A stretch of 64,000 nucleotides of DNA from assembly GCF_032116555.1 (NCBI RefSeq), contig NZ_CP134949.1, positions 2,852,001-2,916,000 of the forward strand. The letters run 5' to 3'. Made by a program: the position numbers and the translations under genes. Every line of letters starts with the position of its first letter. Position 1 is the stretch's first letter. The stretch comes from Halorarum halobium (GTDB lineage Archaea; Halobacteriota; Halobacteria; Halobacteriales; Haloferacaceae). Below the pieces are notes generated by a model. The model was not told the DNA's origin. It was given only the letters and a program-made list of their open reading frames with translations, and did no database searches. Of the stretch, positions 41,784-52,180 are shown in pieces.

Positions 41784-42032
41784 GTGAATCAGAGGCGAAT
41801 CGGGGACGTTCTTCTCGGGGTGACGATGATCCTGATCGGTGGTGTCCCGCTGGGACTCACCCTGACTGGACGGGGACACCTGATGGCAGGCGACGGATTC
41901 GGTGCTCTCTCAGGGACCCTCAATACGCTTCTCGTAGTGGGTTTCGTGGTCTGTGGGTTGGTGGTAGCCGCCGCGGGGGTCATCGTCGTGAGAAATGGCC
42001 GTTCCGGATCTGAGACGACTTCCCTCCACTAA
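41784..42032 (+). CDS. Small two-TM membrane protein
   Basis: Two hydrophobic helices after a GTG start. Confidence 0.5.
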   Translation: MNQRRIGDVLLGVTMILIGGVPLGLTLTGRGHLMAGDGFGALSGTLNTLLVVGFVVCGLVVAAAGVIVVRNGRSGSETTSLH

Positions 42033-42322
42033 TACGGAGGATGTTCTCGCGATCCAGTCGAGAATCGTGTATACGCACACCTGCCCACCGTGTGGGTCAC
42101 CGAGAGGACCGGACTACCAGGTATCCAACGGAGCACGAGCGCCCTGACGGACACAGTGCTTGTTCGGAGCCCGCCTGTTCCGAGCGTGCCCAGGTACGAC
42201 TGAACCCGGGGAACGACGCGGGAAACCACGCCCGGCACCCGGTCGGACATCAATCCTGTCGGTTCGAGGCCGCGAAATCAATCCGACGACTTAACCATCC
42301 CCTCGCCCTTGCCCGATCCACC

Positions 42323-42841
42323 GTGGCCGCCCTCCCGGACTGGATCGACGAGCGAATCGATCGCAACCTCAACAACTCGCTGACACAGCAGCACGTGGTC
42401 GAGACGATGCTGGAATCGAAGCGCCCGTTCTTCTCCATCCGGCAGCTCCAGTCCCGGGTACGTCCGGACGTGAGCGACGCGACGGTGCGGAATCGGCTCG
42501 ACGAACTCCAAGAGATCGACGTCGTGGCGACCGAAGCGTACCCCGACTCGGTCACCCTGTACTACGTCGAGTACCCGGAATCGGATTGGCCGGTTCCCCC
42601 CGAAGGACGGGATGCAGTCGCCCAGTCCTCCCCGCTCGATCGGCTCTCCATCCGCGGGTTCCTGACGATGCGAGAGACGGCCGGCATCCGGACGCTCGTC
42701 CTCGCCGGCTTCCAGTTCACGCTCGTCCTGGTGGCACTCGGCGCCGTCCTCGCCGCGGTCGGGCTCGACGGAGGCCCCGGTCGCGGAATCGCCCTCTGGG
42801 GGACTCAGCGTCACGGTCGTCGTGATCGTGTCGGTGAGTGA
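42323..42841 (+). pseudogene. wHTH protein with C-terminal membrane anchor, frameshifted/truncated
   Basis: PFFSIRQLQSRVRPDVSDATVRNRLDEL HTH; second TM (GLSVTVVVIV) continues only in another frame after a G-run at ~42798. Confidence 0.55.
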
Positions 42842-42978
42842 CTGTACGGGCGATCTCGCCGGTGGCTCTCTCAGCGAGGTCTTCACTACTCTCTCGAACC
42901 GGCTCCGTCGAAATCGTCGGGAGATCAGGGGTGGAACAAGCATAACCGTCCAGCGCCCCTCCCTGTAGAGAGTAACAC

Positions 42979-44187
42979 ATGGATATCTCTCAGATCCTCT
43001 CCTCACATTTTACGGAGTTCGACATCGGCACACCGCTCTCGAAGGTTGCCGGGGCGTTTGACAATCAGGAACTCGATGCGATCATCGTAACTGACGGCGA
43101 CCAGTATCGCGGCGTCGTTAGCCGCCGACAGCTGGCGTCCTCGTCCACCCAGCCATCTGCAAAGGTGGACTCACGGGTACAGCACGTCCCGACTGTCGAT
43201 CGCACCGAGGACGTCCGCGAGGTCGCGCGACTCATGATCGGCAGCGACGCCAAAACGCTCCCCGTACTCGACGATGACCGTGTTGTCGGCGTGGTGACTG
43301 GTGATGCGGTCCTCGAAGCAGTGCGTCCGTTTCTCGACGCAGTGACCGTCGAGGATGCCTATACGACGGAGTTGATCAGTGCGACGCCCGATACCACGGT
43401 CGGGAAAGCACTCAATCTGCTTCGAGAAGCCGGGATCGCTCATCTTCCGGTCGTCGACGGGGATGACCTCGCGGGAATGGTGAGCCTGTACGACGTCATC
43501 GAGTTCACGACGCGGGCCAGCAGTAAGAGCCAGGGCGGTTCGTCGAGCGGCTTCGGTGGCCGCGGCGGTGGCGGGCAGACTCGTGGTGGATTCGGCGCGC
43601 GCGAGGGCGATACCGACCGAATGCTCGACCTGCCAGTGCGGAACCTGATGTCCGACGTAGTCATCACGGTCGAGCGGAGCGCACCGCTCGACGAGGTCGT
43701 CGAGACGATGTTCGAGCGAGAGATTTCCTCGCTCGTTGTCACGACCGACGACACCTCCGAGCCGACCGGTATCATCACGAAAACGGACGTCATCGAGGCG
43801 CTCACCTGGGAACGCGATGACCAGAACGCCGTGCAGGTGTTCGGACTCGACGTACTGGACGGGATGGACTACGACGACGTCTCCGCACTGATCGAGCGCA
43901 TGACCTCGAAGTACGGGGAGATGAGCGTGATCAAGGCCAGCATCGAACTGCAGGAGCACAAAGAACAACGCCGGGGTGTGCCGCTGGTGCTCGCACGAAT
44001 TCGACTGGTCACCGACCGTGGCTACTTCACGGCAGATGGAGAGGGATACGGCGCCTCTCACGCCCTTCGACTTGCCGCAAACGCAGTCGAACGCCAGCTC
44101 CTCAAGGGGAAGACCTACGGCCAGTCGAAGAAGCGTTCGGACACTGACGAGCAGGCACCGCTCTATGGCTGGTGGCTTGGCGGGTGA
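42979..44187 (+). CDS. Four-CBS-domain protein with C-terminal HPF/RaiA-like domain
   Basis: Four CBS repeats; C-terminus ARIRLVTDRGYFTADGEGYGASHALRLAANAVERQLLK. Confidence 0.88.
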   Translation: MDISQILSSHFTEFDIGTPLSKVAGAFDNQELDAIIVTDGDQYRGVVSRRQLASSSTQPSAKVDSRVQHVPTVDRTEDVREVARLMIGSDAKTLPVLDDDRVVGVVTGDAVLEAVRPFLDAVTVEDAYTTELISATPDTTVGKALNLLREAGIAHLPVVDGDDLAGMVSLYDVIEFTTRASSKSQGGSSSGFGGRGGGGQTRGGFGAREGDTDRMLDLPVRNLMSDVVITVERSAPLDEVVETMFEREISSLVVTTDDTSEPTGIITKTDVIEALTWERDDQNAVQVFGLDVLDGMDYDDVSALIERMTSKYGEMSVIKASIELQEHKEQRRGVPLVLARIRLVTDRGYFTADGEGYGASHALRLAANAVERQLLKGKTYGQSKKRSDTDEQAPLYGWWLGG

Positions 44188-44855
44188 TCGGATCGAGGTC
44201 TCCGATCGGATGAGCACCCGTTGCTGGCTAGCACACTCGATCCCTGTCAACGCGAGTCCGAATCTTGTGGTCTGTACTGAGGAAGAACGAGCGGGTGGAC
44301 CACGCTGATGCGTGCGCTTCCCGGACGGCCGACCAATGGGGCCGCACCGTCATGGGGCGCAGTCGTTCATCGACGTCATGCAAACGTACCGTTAGATCAT
44401 CCAAAACGTTGTCCGGCATGTGGGAACGTCGCCCTCGCCCGCTCGGAGTAGTGAATGAAAAGCGCGATGAGGACGCCCTCCCCGTCGTGCATACCTGCCC
44501 ACGGTGTGATGGTAGGACGACGTGTTTCTCGTTCGCGCTCCAGCACACGACCGAACTCGTCGCACAACGACGTCGTCCGCCCTCGTCGGGGAGGACGTCG
44601 CGATAGCCGGGACCGCCTCGCAGGCCGATCACGCAAGCGCAGTCGAATTACGGCGGGGGATCGGTGCGGTGAGTGAGCGCGATCCGTCCATGCCGATGAC
44701 CGGGGCCGGTGACGTATCTGCCTCCGGGCGTTAGTGTCGATACGAGTTTGAGCTTCTCAGAACTCGCCACACCAGATCAACTCCCGGGATTCATGCGACC
44801 CGAGTGCGGTAAACAGAGAGGGGACGGGCACTAGTGGATACCGAGACGACGGCGG

Positions 44856-45188
44856 TTATCGATGTATCAGTCCCAGTATCCGGCTTCTCACGTCGTCAGC
44901 GGAATCGTACGATTGATTATCGGTTGGGGCAAGGACTTCTTCGAGCGATTCTGTCCCGCCCTGCGTTTCGATCTCGTAATCGCCATAGGCCTCGACCAGG
45001 TCATCCGTCGTAGTTGGATAGTCCTGGGCTTCGAGTGCCCCATCGAGATCACCAAGCCGTTCACTAGGGTCACCGCTCATCGCCCGGTCTTCATGGGCGC
45101 GGTCGCGGACGTCCTCTTGCTTCCGCTCTGACTGTTGTCGCCGTTCGTCGTCCGGACTCTCGTCTCGGCCCCGGTTGTCGTCTGACAT
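44856..45188 (-). CDS. DUF5789-like small acidic protein
   Basis: LEAQDYPTTTDDLVEAYGDYEI...YDSADDVR. Confidence 0.78.
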   Translation of the reverse strand: MSDDNRGRDESPDDERRQQSERKQEDVRDRAHEDRAMSGDPSERLGDLDGALEAQDYPTTTDDLVEAYGDYEIETQGGTESLEEVLAPTDNQSYDSADDVRSRILGLIHR

Positions 45189-45444
45189 CCTTCGAAATAG
45201 GTGCCCGATTCGGATAACTGTGTGGGCGCTCGTCGGTGTGAACTCCTCGGGGACATGGGGAGGAGTGGCCGCTTCGTCGGACCTACGCAATATCCTCCAC
45301 CGTTCGAGACGAACGACGATTCATCAGTCGGTGAGAGCAGTTCTCCTGTCCGATCGTACCCGTCAGGGTCGTTCGATGTCCCTCACTGCCACGCTGGCCG
45401 TGAGTGGTGAGTAGAGTACCCTGTGCAGTAGATGTTTTTCCGTC

Positions 45445-46030
45445 CGCGCCAGGAGATACTGCTCGTCCGACTCCCCGACACGGACCCGACGTTGGTCCGG
45501 AAAGCGCTCGACCTCGGGGTCAGGAACGTCTTTCTGCCCCGCGTGGAGACGGCGACAGAGGTCCGTGAGGCGGTCAAATCCGCTCGATTCAGCTACGAAA
45601 GAAGGCCGGGCGATCGGGGTCTCGGGTCGCCCCGAGCCCGGCGCTGGGGGCTCGCCGATGACTACGTTGCCTCCGAGGACCGGGAGACGATCGTCGGCGT
45701 GACCATTGAAACCGAGGCGTCCGTTGAGAAGCTCGACGCGATCCTGAACGTCCCGGAACTGGGATTCGTCTTCATCGCCCCGCTCGACCGCTCCGTCTCG
45801 CTCGGCTGTCCCGGCGAAGTCGACCATCCGGACGTGCGGGAAGCCGTCGAGACGGTTCGTTCGACCGCCGTCGATGCGGGCGTTCCTGTTGGCGGCCTCG
45901 GCTTCGGGATGGACGATGTCAACGAAAAAGGTGACGAACGGGTATCAGCTGCTGAACCTCGGGAGTACGACCGGCGCGCTCAAGCAATCCGTCGCTGGTT
46001 GGTTCGACGCCTACGAGGGGGAACGATCAC
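45445..46030 (+). pseudogene. HpcH/HpaI aldolase, 5'-truncated and frameshifted
   Basis: LLVRLP..LVRKALDLGVRNVFLPRV...ILNVPELGFVF; frameshift near 45930; paralog of 63169-63936. Confidence 0.8.
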
Positions 46031-46239
46031 CGAACGAGTAGGTACACCGTTCGAATGGCAACTCACCTGTGTCGAATCACTGAGAGACGTGGAGAGATCG
46101 CCCGATTTGCCACGCAGTGTTCGGCGCGCCGCTATCGAAATTAGAAGAGGATAGATTGATCTGACTATGACGGATAGACGGTGCGTACGTAGCACTCAGT
46201 GATGCATTCACGGAAACGTACAGCGAACGATCAGCTCTC

Positions 46240-46510
46240 ATGACCGACAAAACTGATATCCAAATTGAACTCGCTCGGGAGAGAACCCCGTTAGCACGCG
46301 AACGTACCATCCTCGCCCATATCAGAACTGGCTTCGCGTCCTTTCTCTTTGGAGCAGTACTACTCGGGTTGTTTGGAGCCACAGTCTCCTTTGTCGGGGG
46401 CGGATTTATCCTCATTGGTGTCGTATTATTTTTGCGAGTGGGATCTCGCATGTGCGTAGTAACCAACGGGTTAGCCATCTGCGGGGAGGTCTCGACCGTC
46501 CGTTCCACTG
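46240..46510 (+). pseudogene. DUF202/YidH-type small membrane protein, probably frameshifted
   Basis: ELARERTPLARERTILAHIRTG motif; frame degrades after the T-run at ~46430. Confidence 0.65.
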
Positions 46511-46662
46511 GAACGGGTAGTACGGCTCTTTACCTTGACGAGCGACTCGATTCGAGAACACGGAACCGAGCGTCACCACCCTCAATTCTACTGCGGTACA
46601 AGTAACTGTGAGAACGTTCAGACCAGTGCAACGTCTGATCTCAGCATAGCTGCCGTTCTCTA

Positions 46663-47172
46663 TCAGTTCGGAGCATCCTCCGTTACCTCCGCTTCTGGTG
46701 CATTCTTCAGCACACTCTGGAGTCCGTTCCATGCGTTATGTTTGCGTGTGTACCCCTCGCCACTGGTTGCGATGATGTTCCCATTGTGGTGACGGAGTCG
46801 CCATCGCCATTCCTCGCCCTGGTCACGGAAGACTTCAAATCGGGCCAGTGCCTGTGAAGCGTCGGCGGCACCGACGGGTACTGATAGTTTGTCGTCTTCC
46901 TCTTCAGGGACATCTTCGATGGGAGTGGTCCCGGATTCCTTGCCTTTTGGAGAGGGCCATGTTAGTTCGAGCTCCAGACTCAACTCGTCATCTTCAGCCT
47001 CCAGTTCGATCTCAAGAGCGATTTCCTCAGGAGTCACAACAGTGACAGCGTCCTTGCCTTCACCCACCCGAATTGAGCCAGCGAGTATCCCATCTACTAC
47101 GCTACTCAATACGGCTGCGATCTCTTCACGATTGGCCGTCAGTTCGGACTCATAGTCGTTTGCTTCGCCCAT
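46663..47172 (-). CDS. Amphi-Trp domain + DUF1508 (YegP/HVO_2922-like) fusion protein
   Basis: N-terminal REEIAAVL...LELELTW; C-terminal FEVFRDQGEEWRWRLRHHNGNIIATSGEGY. Confidence 0.85.
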   Translation of the reverse strand: MGEANDYESELTANREEIAAVLSSVVDGILAGSIRVGEGKDAVTVVTPEEIALEIELEAEDDELSLELELTWPSPKGKESGTTPIEDVPEEEDDKLSVPVGAADASQALARFEVFRDQGEEWRWRLRHHNGNIIATSGEGYTRKHNAWNGLQSVLKNAPEAEVTEDAPN

Positions 47173-47337
47173 ACTCAAGAGTATGGGAACAACAATGGTA
47201 AACCATCGCAAAGTCGTCTCTCGTTCGATAGGATGGATCCGCACGACGATTCTGAACCGACGGTCGATTCGGAGTGTGAGACGCCAGCTGACTCGCTGAT
47301 ACCAACTATTTAGAGATCAACTTCGGAGGCCTATTCC

Positions 47338-47535
47338 ATGGTTCAGTCGGTAGAGCTCTTCTCGATTCCGCTGGTGAACCTGTGATTGCTCCTCGGTGGC
47401 GCTGAGATCGTCACAAACTCGGTTGCGTGGTTCGATCACCACCCTGGCGTGAGCGAGAGCACGACGGGAAGCATCTTGTCGCCGTCGGGACGGCGTTACC
47501 CGAAACGATGATCCCCGTTATTGCCATGTCTCGGT
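47338..47535 (+). pseudogene. Na+/Ca2+ (cation:H+) antiporter N-terminal remnant
   Basis: Manual translation LLLGGAEIVTNSV...GVSESTTGSIL / AVGTALPETMIPVIA (alpha-1 repeat) with a stop and a frameshift. Confidence 0.7.
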
Positions 47536-47599
47536 GACCAATTTTGATTATCCGGGTGAAAAGCGCACGACGTTTTAGTCGGCCAGCCCTACTGGGGTT

Positions 47600-47902
47600 G
47601 TGGAGTACGAAATTGATCCGACTGAATCAGTGAGTACGGCTGTCGTGCGCGCGGTGAGCGCCGTGGAAGGACGGGAACCCTGTTCCCTTCGACCGCTGGC
47701 GTTCGTCCTCAACCCGAACGCGCTTGATGCGCTATTCGAGTCCCGGTCGAACGGTCAACCACGGACGGGTGGCTGTCTCTCGTTCGTCTATAGCGGCTGT
47801 CGCGTCTCCATCGACAACGGCGAATATCTCTCCATTGAACCGCTCGAAAGCGTTCGTCGAGTCCCTACTGATGGAGGATCGGACGGGAACGCAATGTGTT
47901 GA
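47600..47902 (+). CDS. HalOD1 output-domain protein
   Basis: SVSTAVVRAVSAVEG..LRPL..VLNPNALDALF...SFVYSGCRVSI. Confidence 0.85.
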   Translation: MEYEIDPTESVSTAVVRAVSAVEGREPCSLRPLAFVLNPNALDALFESRSNGQPRTGGCLSFVYSGCRVSIDNGEYLSIEPLESVRRVPTDGGSDGNAMC

Positions 47903-47932
47903 CGAGTGGACCGATAGTCGCGGCCAGGCAGG

Positions 47933-48736
47933 TCACTGCTTGGGGTCGCGAACGGTCAGCAGTCCCTGTGCCATGAGGCGGCGCGCGATCACGACGAGAC
48001 CGTTCCCCAATCCCTCACCGAAGATCGCCTGTTCCTCCTTCGTCCCGGGCATGATGGAACTAACAAGGAGTGCCGATCGATCGACCAGCAGCAACCGGCC
48101 GATCGCCGTATCGTTCCTCGCGGCGTTCTCCCCGTGTAACCACTCCAGCCCCGAGATGAACGTCGTGGCGTCCGGTACGGTCGTTTGAATCCGGTCCTGA
48201 AGGGTCTCGGTCAACGCGCCGATGAGCAGATCGACCCCGTTCCCGACCCCGTTGAGGGTATCGATGAGGTCCTCGGTCAACAGTGACTCGTTGCCCACCA
48301 CGAGCACGATCTCGTCGGTCGCCTCCCCGACGAGGTCGTTCGTCCGATTCTCGATCGCGTCACGGCCGGTCATCGCCCACACCTGTTGGACGGGGGATTC
48401 GTCATCCGCATCGACGACTTCGACCGTCTCGAGCGCGTCGTGGAGTCGCTCGACGCGAGCCTCGTATTGATCCCGGAGCGTTTCGGTCGCCTCCTCAAGG
48501 GGAACCGCGCGGAACTGTTGCGGGCTCGAATGCTGAATCTCGACGAGGCCCTGTGCCTCCAGCATCCGGATCGCACTGTAGACTCGCGTCCGGGGCACTT
48601 CAGTTGTCTCGCTCAGTTGCTTTGCCGTCCCTGAGCGTAGGCGCGACAACCCAACGAAACATCGCGCCTCGTACTCCTTCAAACCGAGTTGCTGGAGGAC
48701 TTCAACGGCTTCCTCCAAATTCTGATTCGCATCCAT
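47933..48736 (-). CDS. TrmB-family transcriptional regulator
   Basis: LGLKEYEARCF..GTAKQLS..VPRTRVY; GRLLLVDR. Confidence 0.92.
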   Translation of the reverse strand: MDANQNLEEAVEVLQQLGLKEYEARCFVGLSRLRSGTAKQLSETTEVPRTRVYSAIRMLEAQGLVEIQHSSPQQFRAVPLEEATETLRDQYEARVERLHDALETVEVVDADDESPVQQVWAMTGRDAIENRTNDLVGEATDEIVLVVGNESLLTEDLIDTLNGVGNGVDLLIGALTETLQDRIQTTVPDATTFISGLEWLHGENAARNDTAIGRLLLVDRSALLVSSIMPGTKEEQAIFGEGLGNGLVVIARRLMAQGLLTVRDPKQ

Positions 48737-49121
48737 GTGTCCCAACTCCCCGGTTAGCCCGGGACTTGGTTGAGGTTGGTCACCGGAACAGATAGGTATT
48801 GTCACTGAACCCATAACGCCGCGCGACGATGAAAGGCGTGAAGCTGGCCCAACTAGTTGATTTCGCCGATCCGAAAAGGAAGCCAAATGTGTTGTGACTT
48901 TCAAAGTGACTACGGATTCGATAGGCTATTCAGGCAATACAGCCCCATGAATCAGGGGTGGAATAGTATTCACCCGTTTAATCACAAAAGGTATAACTCT
49001 CCTGGACTCTATCTCTCCACACGCACGCAGGTGAGTACTGTGTCCCAACCACCTTACTTCTGCGTGCCGACCTGCAACCTCGCGTGGCAGGTTCGAGACG
49101 GCGAGATAGTTCAGGAACCTG

Positions 49122-49922
49122 ATGAGTAGTGATCCCACCGGAGACCCGGAGTCCACCGCCGTCGAGCAGCTCGAACACTTCGGGTTGAGCACCTATGCGG
49201 CCCGGACGTTCGTGGCGCTCGCCAGCCTCGGCACGGGAACGGCAAGGGACGTGAGCCAGGTGTCGGAGGTACCCCGCACGAGGGTGTACGACGCCATCGA
49301 CGAGTTACACGACCGGGGGCTCGTGGATGTTCTGCAGTCGTCACCCAAGCAGTTCTGGGCCATCTCGGCCGAAACCGCCAGTCGCACGTTCGAACACGAT
49401 CTACAATCTCGAACGGAGTTATTGCGAACCGCCCTCAGTGAACTCGAACCCGTCGAGCGGCGAGCGGAACAGCGCGGTGTCTGGACCGTCGACGGACAGT
49501 CCGCGGTCACGGAGCGTGTACGCGAGTTCTTCGCCAGCGCGGAGGAGGAAATCATCTACATGACCGTCGAGGACCTCCTCATCGAGGATCTGATCGAGGG
49601 ATTAGGCGAGGCGGCGGATCGGGGGGTTTCGATCAAGCTCGCGGGCGTTTCACCGGAGGTGCAGGATCGAATTCAGGATGCCATCCCCGGCGTGACGATG
49701 TTCGAGTCGTTGTGGATCTGGTCGGATACCTCGGCCGGCCGGCTCATGATGGTGGACGGGCGGAAAACACTCGTGAGTGCCATGGTCAACGGCGAGGACG
49801 CGAGCCCGACTGATCCCCGGTCGGAGACCGCCATCTGGGGTGAGGGCGAGGCGAATAGTCTGGTCGTGGTTCTGAATGCGATCTTCACGTGGCGACTCGA
49901 GACGGCTGAATCGGATACCTGA
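49122..49922 (+). CDS. TrmB-family transcriptional regulator
   Basis: FGLSTYAARTF..GTARDVS..VPRTRVYD; GRLMMVDG. Confidence 0.92.
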   Translation: MSSDPTGDPESTAVEQLEHFGLSTYAARTFVALASLGTGTARDVSQVSEVPRTRVYDAIDELHDRGLVDVLQSSPKQFWAISAETASRTFEHDLQSRTELLRTALSELEPVERRAEQRGVWTVDGQSAVTERVREFFASAEEEIIYMTVEDLLIEDLIEGLGEAADRGVSIKLAGVSPEVQDRIQDAIPGVTMFESLWIWSDTSAGRLMMVDGRKTLVSAMVNGEDASPTDPRSETAIWGEGEANSLVVVLNAIFTWRLETAESDT

Positions 49923-49998
49923 AGTGCCAAATCACCCGAAACGCGTTCAGAGAACCTCATGATCCAAAACATTCAGGACGAGCACGGTGGTATCTTGT

Positions 49999-50328
49999 AT
50001 GACTGAGTCAGAGGACTCAGACGGTGACGTGCCTGCCTCAGATTCATGCGGAGCGATTCAGGCCGAATTTGATTGGTCAGTAGTGACCCCGAGCACGGCG
50101 GTTGTCGAGACGGTTGCCATCGCTGCAGCGTGTGAGCCTACCGTACTCGAACCGCTGTACGAAACGGTCGATCCGGATGCCCTCGATACGCTCATTCGTT
50201 CGATTGGGACCGATTCAAAAGATGGCGACGCGACTGTTACGTTCGCGCTCGATGGCTACCAGGTGACGGTTGAACGTGACGGTCGGGTCGACGTTCGACC
50301 ACATGAGGCACGCGCGGAGTCGGAGTAA
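49999..50328 (+). CDS. HalOD1 output-domain protein
   Basis: PSTAVVETVA...LEPLYETVDPDALDTL...VTFALDGYQVTV. Confidence 0.88.
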   Translation: MTESEDSDGDVPASDSCGAIQAEFDWSVVTPSTAVVETVAIAAACEPTVLEPLYETVDPDALDTLIRSIGTDSKDGDATVTFALDGYQVTVERDGRVDVRPHEARAESE

Positions 50329-50396
50329 CGGAACTTGGTCCCCAACGATCCAGTTCGCCGCTTCCGGACGATACTTCGACGGTTTGGTCTGAACGT

Positions 50397-50771
50397 TCAG
50401 AGGCTGGCGAGGGGCAGTTCGTCGGGTAGTGAATCCAGTATCGTCTCGAACTGGTCGTCAGACCGATATCGGATGGTGCTGTTTTCGGGATCGAATTCAA
50501 CGATACCGTGGTCGGCTAACTTCGGCAGGTCGGCGTGTCGCAGTCGGACGGCAATCTGGTCCCGGTCGGTAGTTTGGCCGTCGGCACCCAGTTCACCGTT
50601 GTGCAATCGATCGACGAGGCCGTCCACCGTCGTTTCGCCGTTAGCTTCGTGCCGTAAATGGTGGAGTGTCTGCCGTCGGCGTCGATCAGCCACGAGCAGG
50701 AGAAGCGCGTCGAGATCCTGTTCGGTCATAGTATCTAGTAACGCACCCCTATATTCTTCAAGCGGCGACAT
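50397..50771 (-). CDS. Small winged-helix protein (DUF7344-like)
   Basis: ADRRRRQTLHHL...LRHADLPKLADHGIVEFD. Confidence 0.82.
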   Translation of the reverse strand: MSPLEEYRGALLDTMTEQDLDALLLLVADRRRRQTLHHLRHEANGETTVDGLVDRLHNGELGADGQTTDRDQIAVRLRHADLPKLADHGIVEFDPENSTIRYRSDDQFETILDSLPDELPLASL

Positions 50772-50890
50772 CTTCACACACACTGGAATTGTGATAAAGT
50801 GAGTCAAAATCGTTGGAGACGTTGCATGGAGTATCAAGCAGTTCGCGTTACTGCGCTCCACAATGGCTCCGCGCTCGTTCTGGAAAACGG

Positions 50891-51928
50891 TTAGAAGCCG
50901 GACGATTCCGTTTGCTCCCGGGCGAACAGGTCGAGGACGACCTTCGCTCCACCGAGCACGACAGGCCCGACGAACAGGCCCATCGCCCCGAACAGGACGA
51001 TGCCGCCGAAGATTCCGACGACGATGATCGCGACGTTGAGCGCTCCGCTCCGGTTGATGATGGCCGGACGAAGGTAGAAATCCGAGACACTAACCACGGA
51101 TCCGAAAACGAACAGGAGTACCGCCGCGGTGGGACGACCGACAGCGAACAGGTAGAGTGAGACCGGTATCCAGACGCCGAACGCTCCGACGAGGGGGAGT
51201 AACGTGAGGATGAACGTCGATACGGTCAAGAATACGACCCCCGGCATTCCAAGGAGCGCCAAGCCGATGCCGAGGAGTATCGCCTGGATTCCCGCGACGG
51301 CGACGTTCCCAATAACGGACGCCCACATGAGGGTGTCGAGTTCTCTGAACAGTTCCTGCTGGACGTGCTCCGAGACGGGAAGGACTGCTCGCAGCCAGCC
51401 AAGGAACTGTTCGCCGTCTCGCAACAGGGTAAAGAGCACAAACATCGTCACGGTGAGTCCGATGAACAGACCGGGGAGGCCACTGATGACGGTTAGCGCG
51501 CCGGTAGCGAGACGTTGCAATCCCGCCGTGATTGGCTCTCGATATGTAGCATACACGAGGTCTAAATCGATCACGTACCCGATGGTTTCGATCCGGTTCT
51601 CAATGTTGTCTAGACTGAGTTCCCCGTCTTGGATGACCGTCAGGAACCCCAGTCCTTGCTGAATTGCGATCGTGAGGATGTAGGCGACCGGAATGAAAAT
51701 CACGAAGACCGAGATCACGATGAGCGTAATGGCAGCCATCGTTGAACTCAGATGTCGCTCCAGACGCTGTTGTACGGGTGCAATGACGTACGCCAGTACG
51801 ATAGCGAGGAGAACGTATTGAAGCTGTGTGAGAACGATGAGACCAGCGAGAGTTCCACTGACAATCGCCAACATCGATATCCCAATACGATCCGGAGACC
51901 ACGGTCGCTGCGTCCCTTTTTCAGTCAT
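50891..51928 (-). CDS. AI-2E family transporter
   Basis: LAYVIAP, LLRDG, LPLVG, DFYLRP, GLFVGPV. Confidence 0.92.
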   Translation of the reverse strand: MTEKGTQRPWSPDRIGISMLAIVSGTLAGLIVLTQLQYVLLAIVLAYVIAPVQQRLERHLSSTMAAITLIVISVFVIFIPVAYILTIAIQQGLGFLTVIQDGELSLDNIENRIETIGYVIDLDLVYATYREPITAGLQRLATGALTVISGLPGLFIGLTVTMFVLFTLLRDGEQFLGWLRAVLPVSEHVQQELFRELDTLMWASVIGNVAVAGIQAILLGIGLALLGMPGVVFLTVSTFILTLLPLVGAFGVWIPVSLYLFAVGRPTAAVLLFVFGSVVSVSDFYLRPAIINRSGALNVAIIVVGIFGGIVLFGAMGLFVGPVVLGGAKVVLDLFAREQTESSGF

Positions 51929-52180
51929 TGCTTCGTGAGATACCCTTTTCACAATGCTGCTTTTCGTACGATCGTTATACGTGCCCGCTCTATTTGGCTA
52001 TCTCCCTCCTAATGCCGGTTGTAACCAAGGTAATTGTGTGTTCTCAAGATAGTTGACTGTCTCTTCATGGAGCTGCATGATTGCACGGGCATACGCGGTT
52101 CCGGGCGCTGACGACGGTGGGATTCTCTCGAGGAGTTGTGATGGATACGTGTGAACACCAGTAAGTGGATCCGATCGGAC

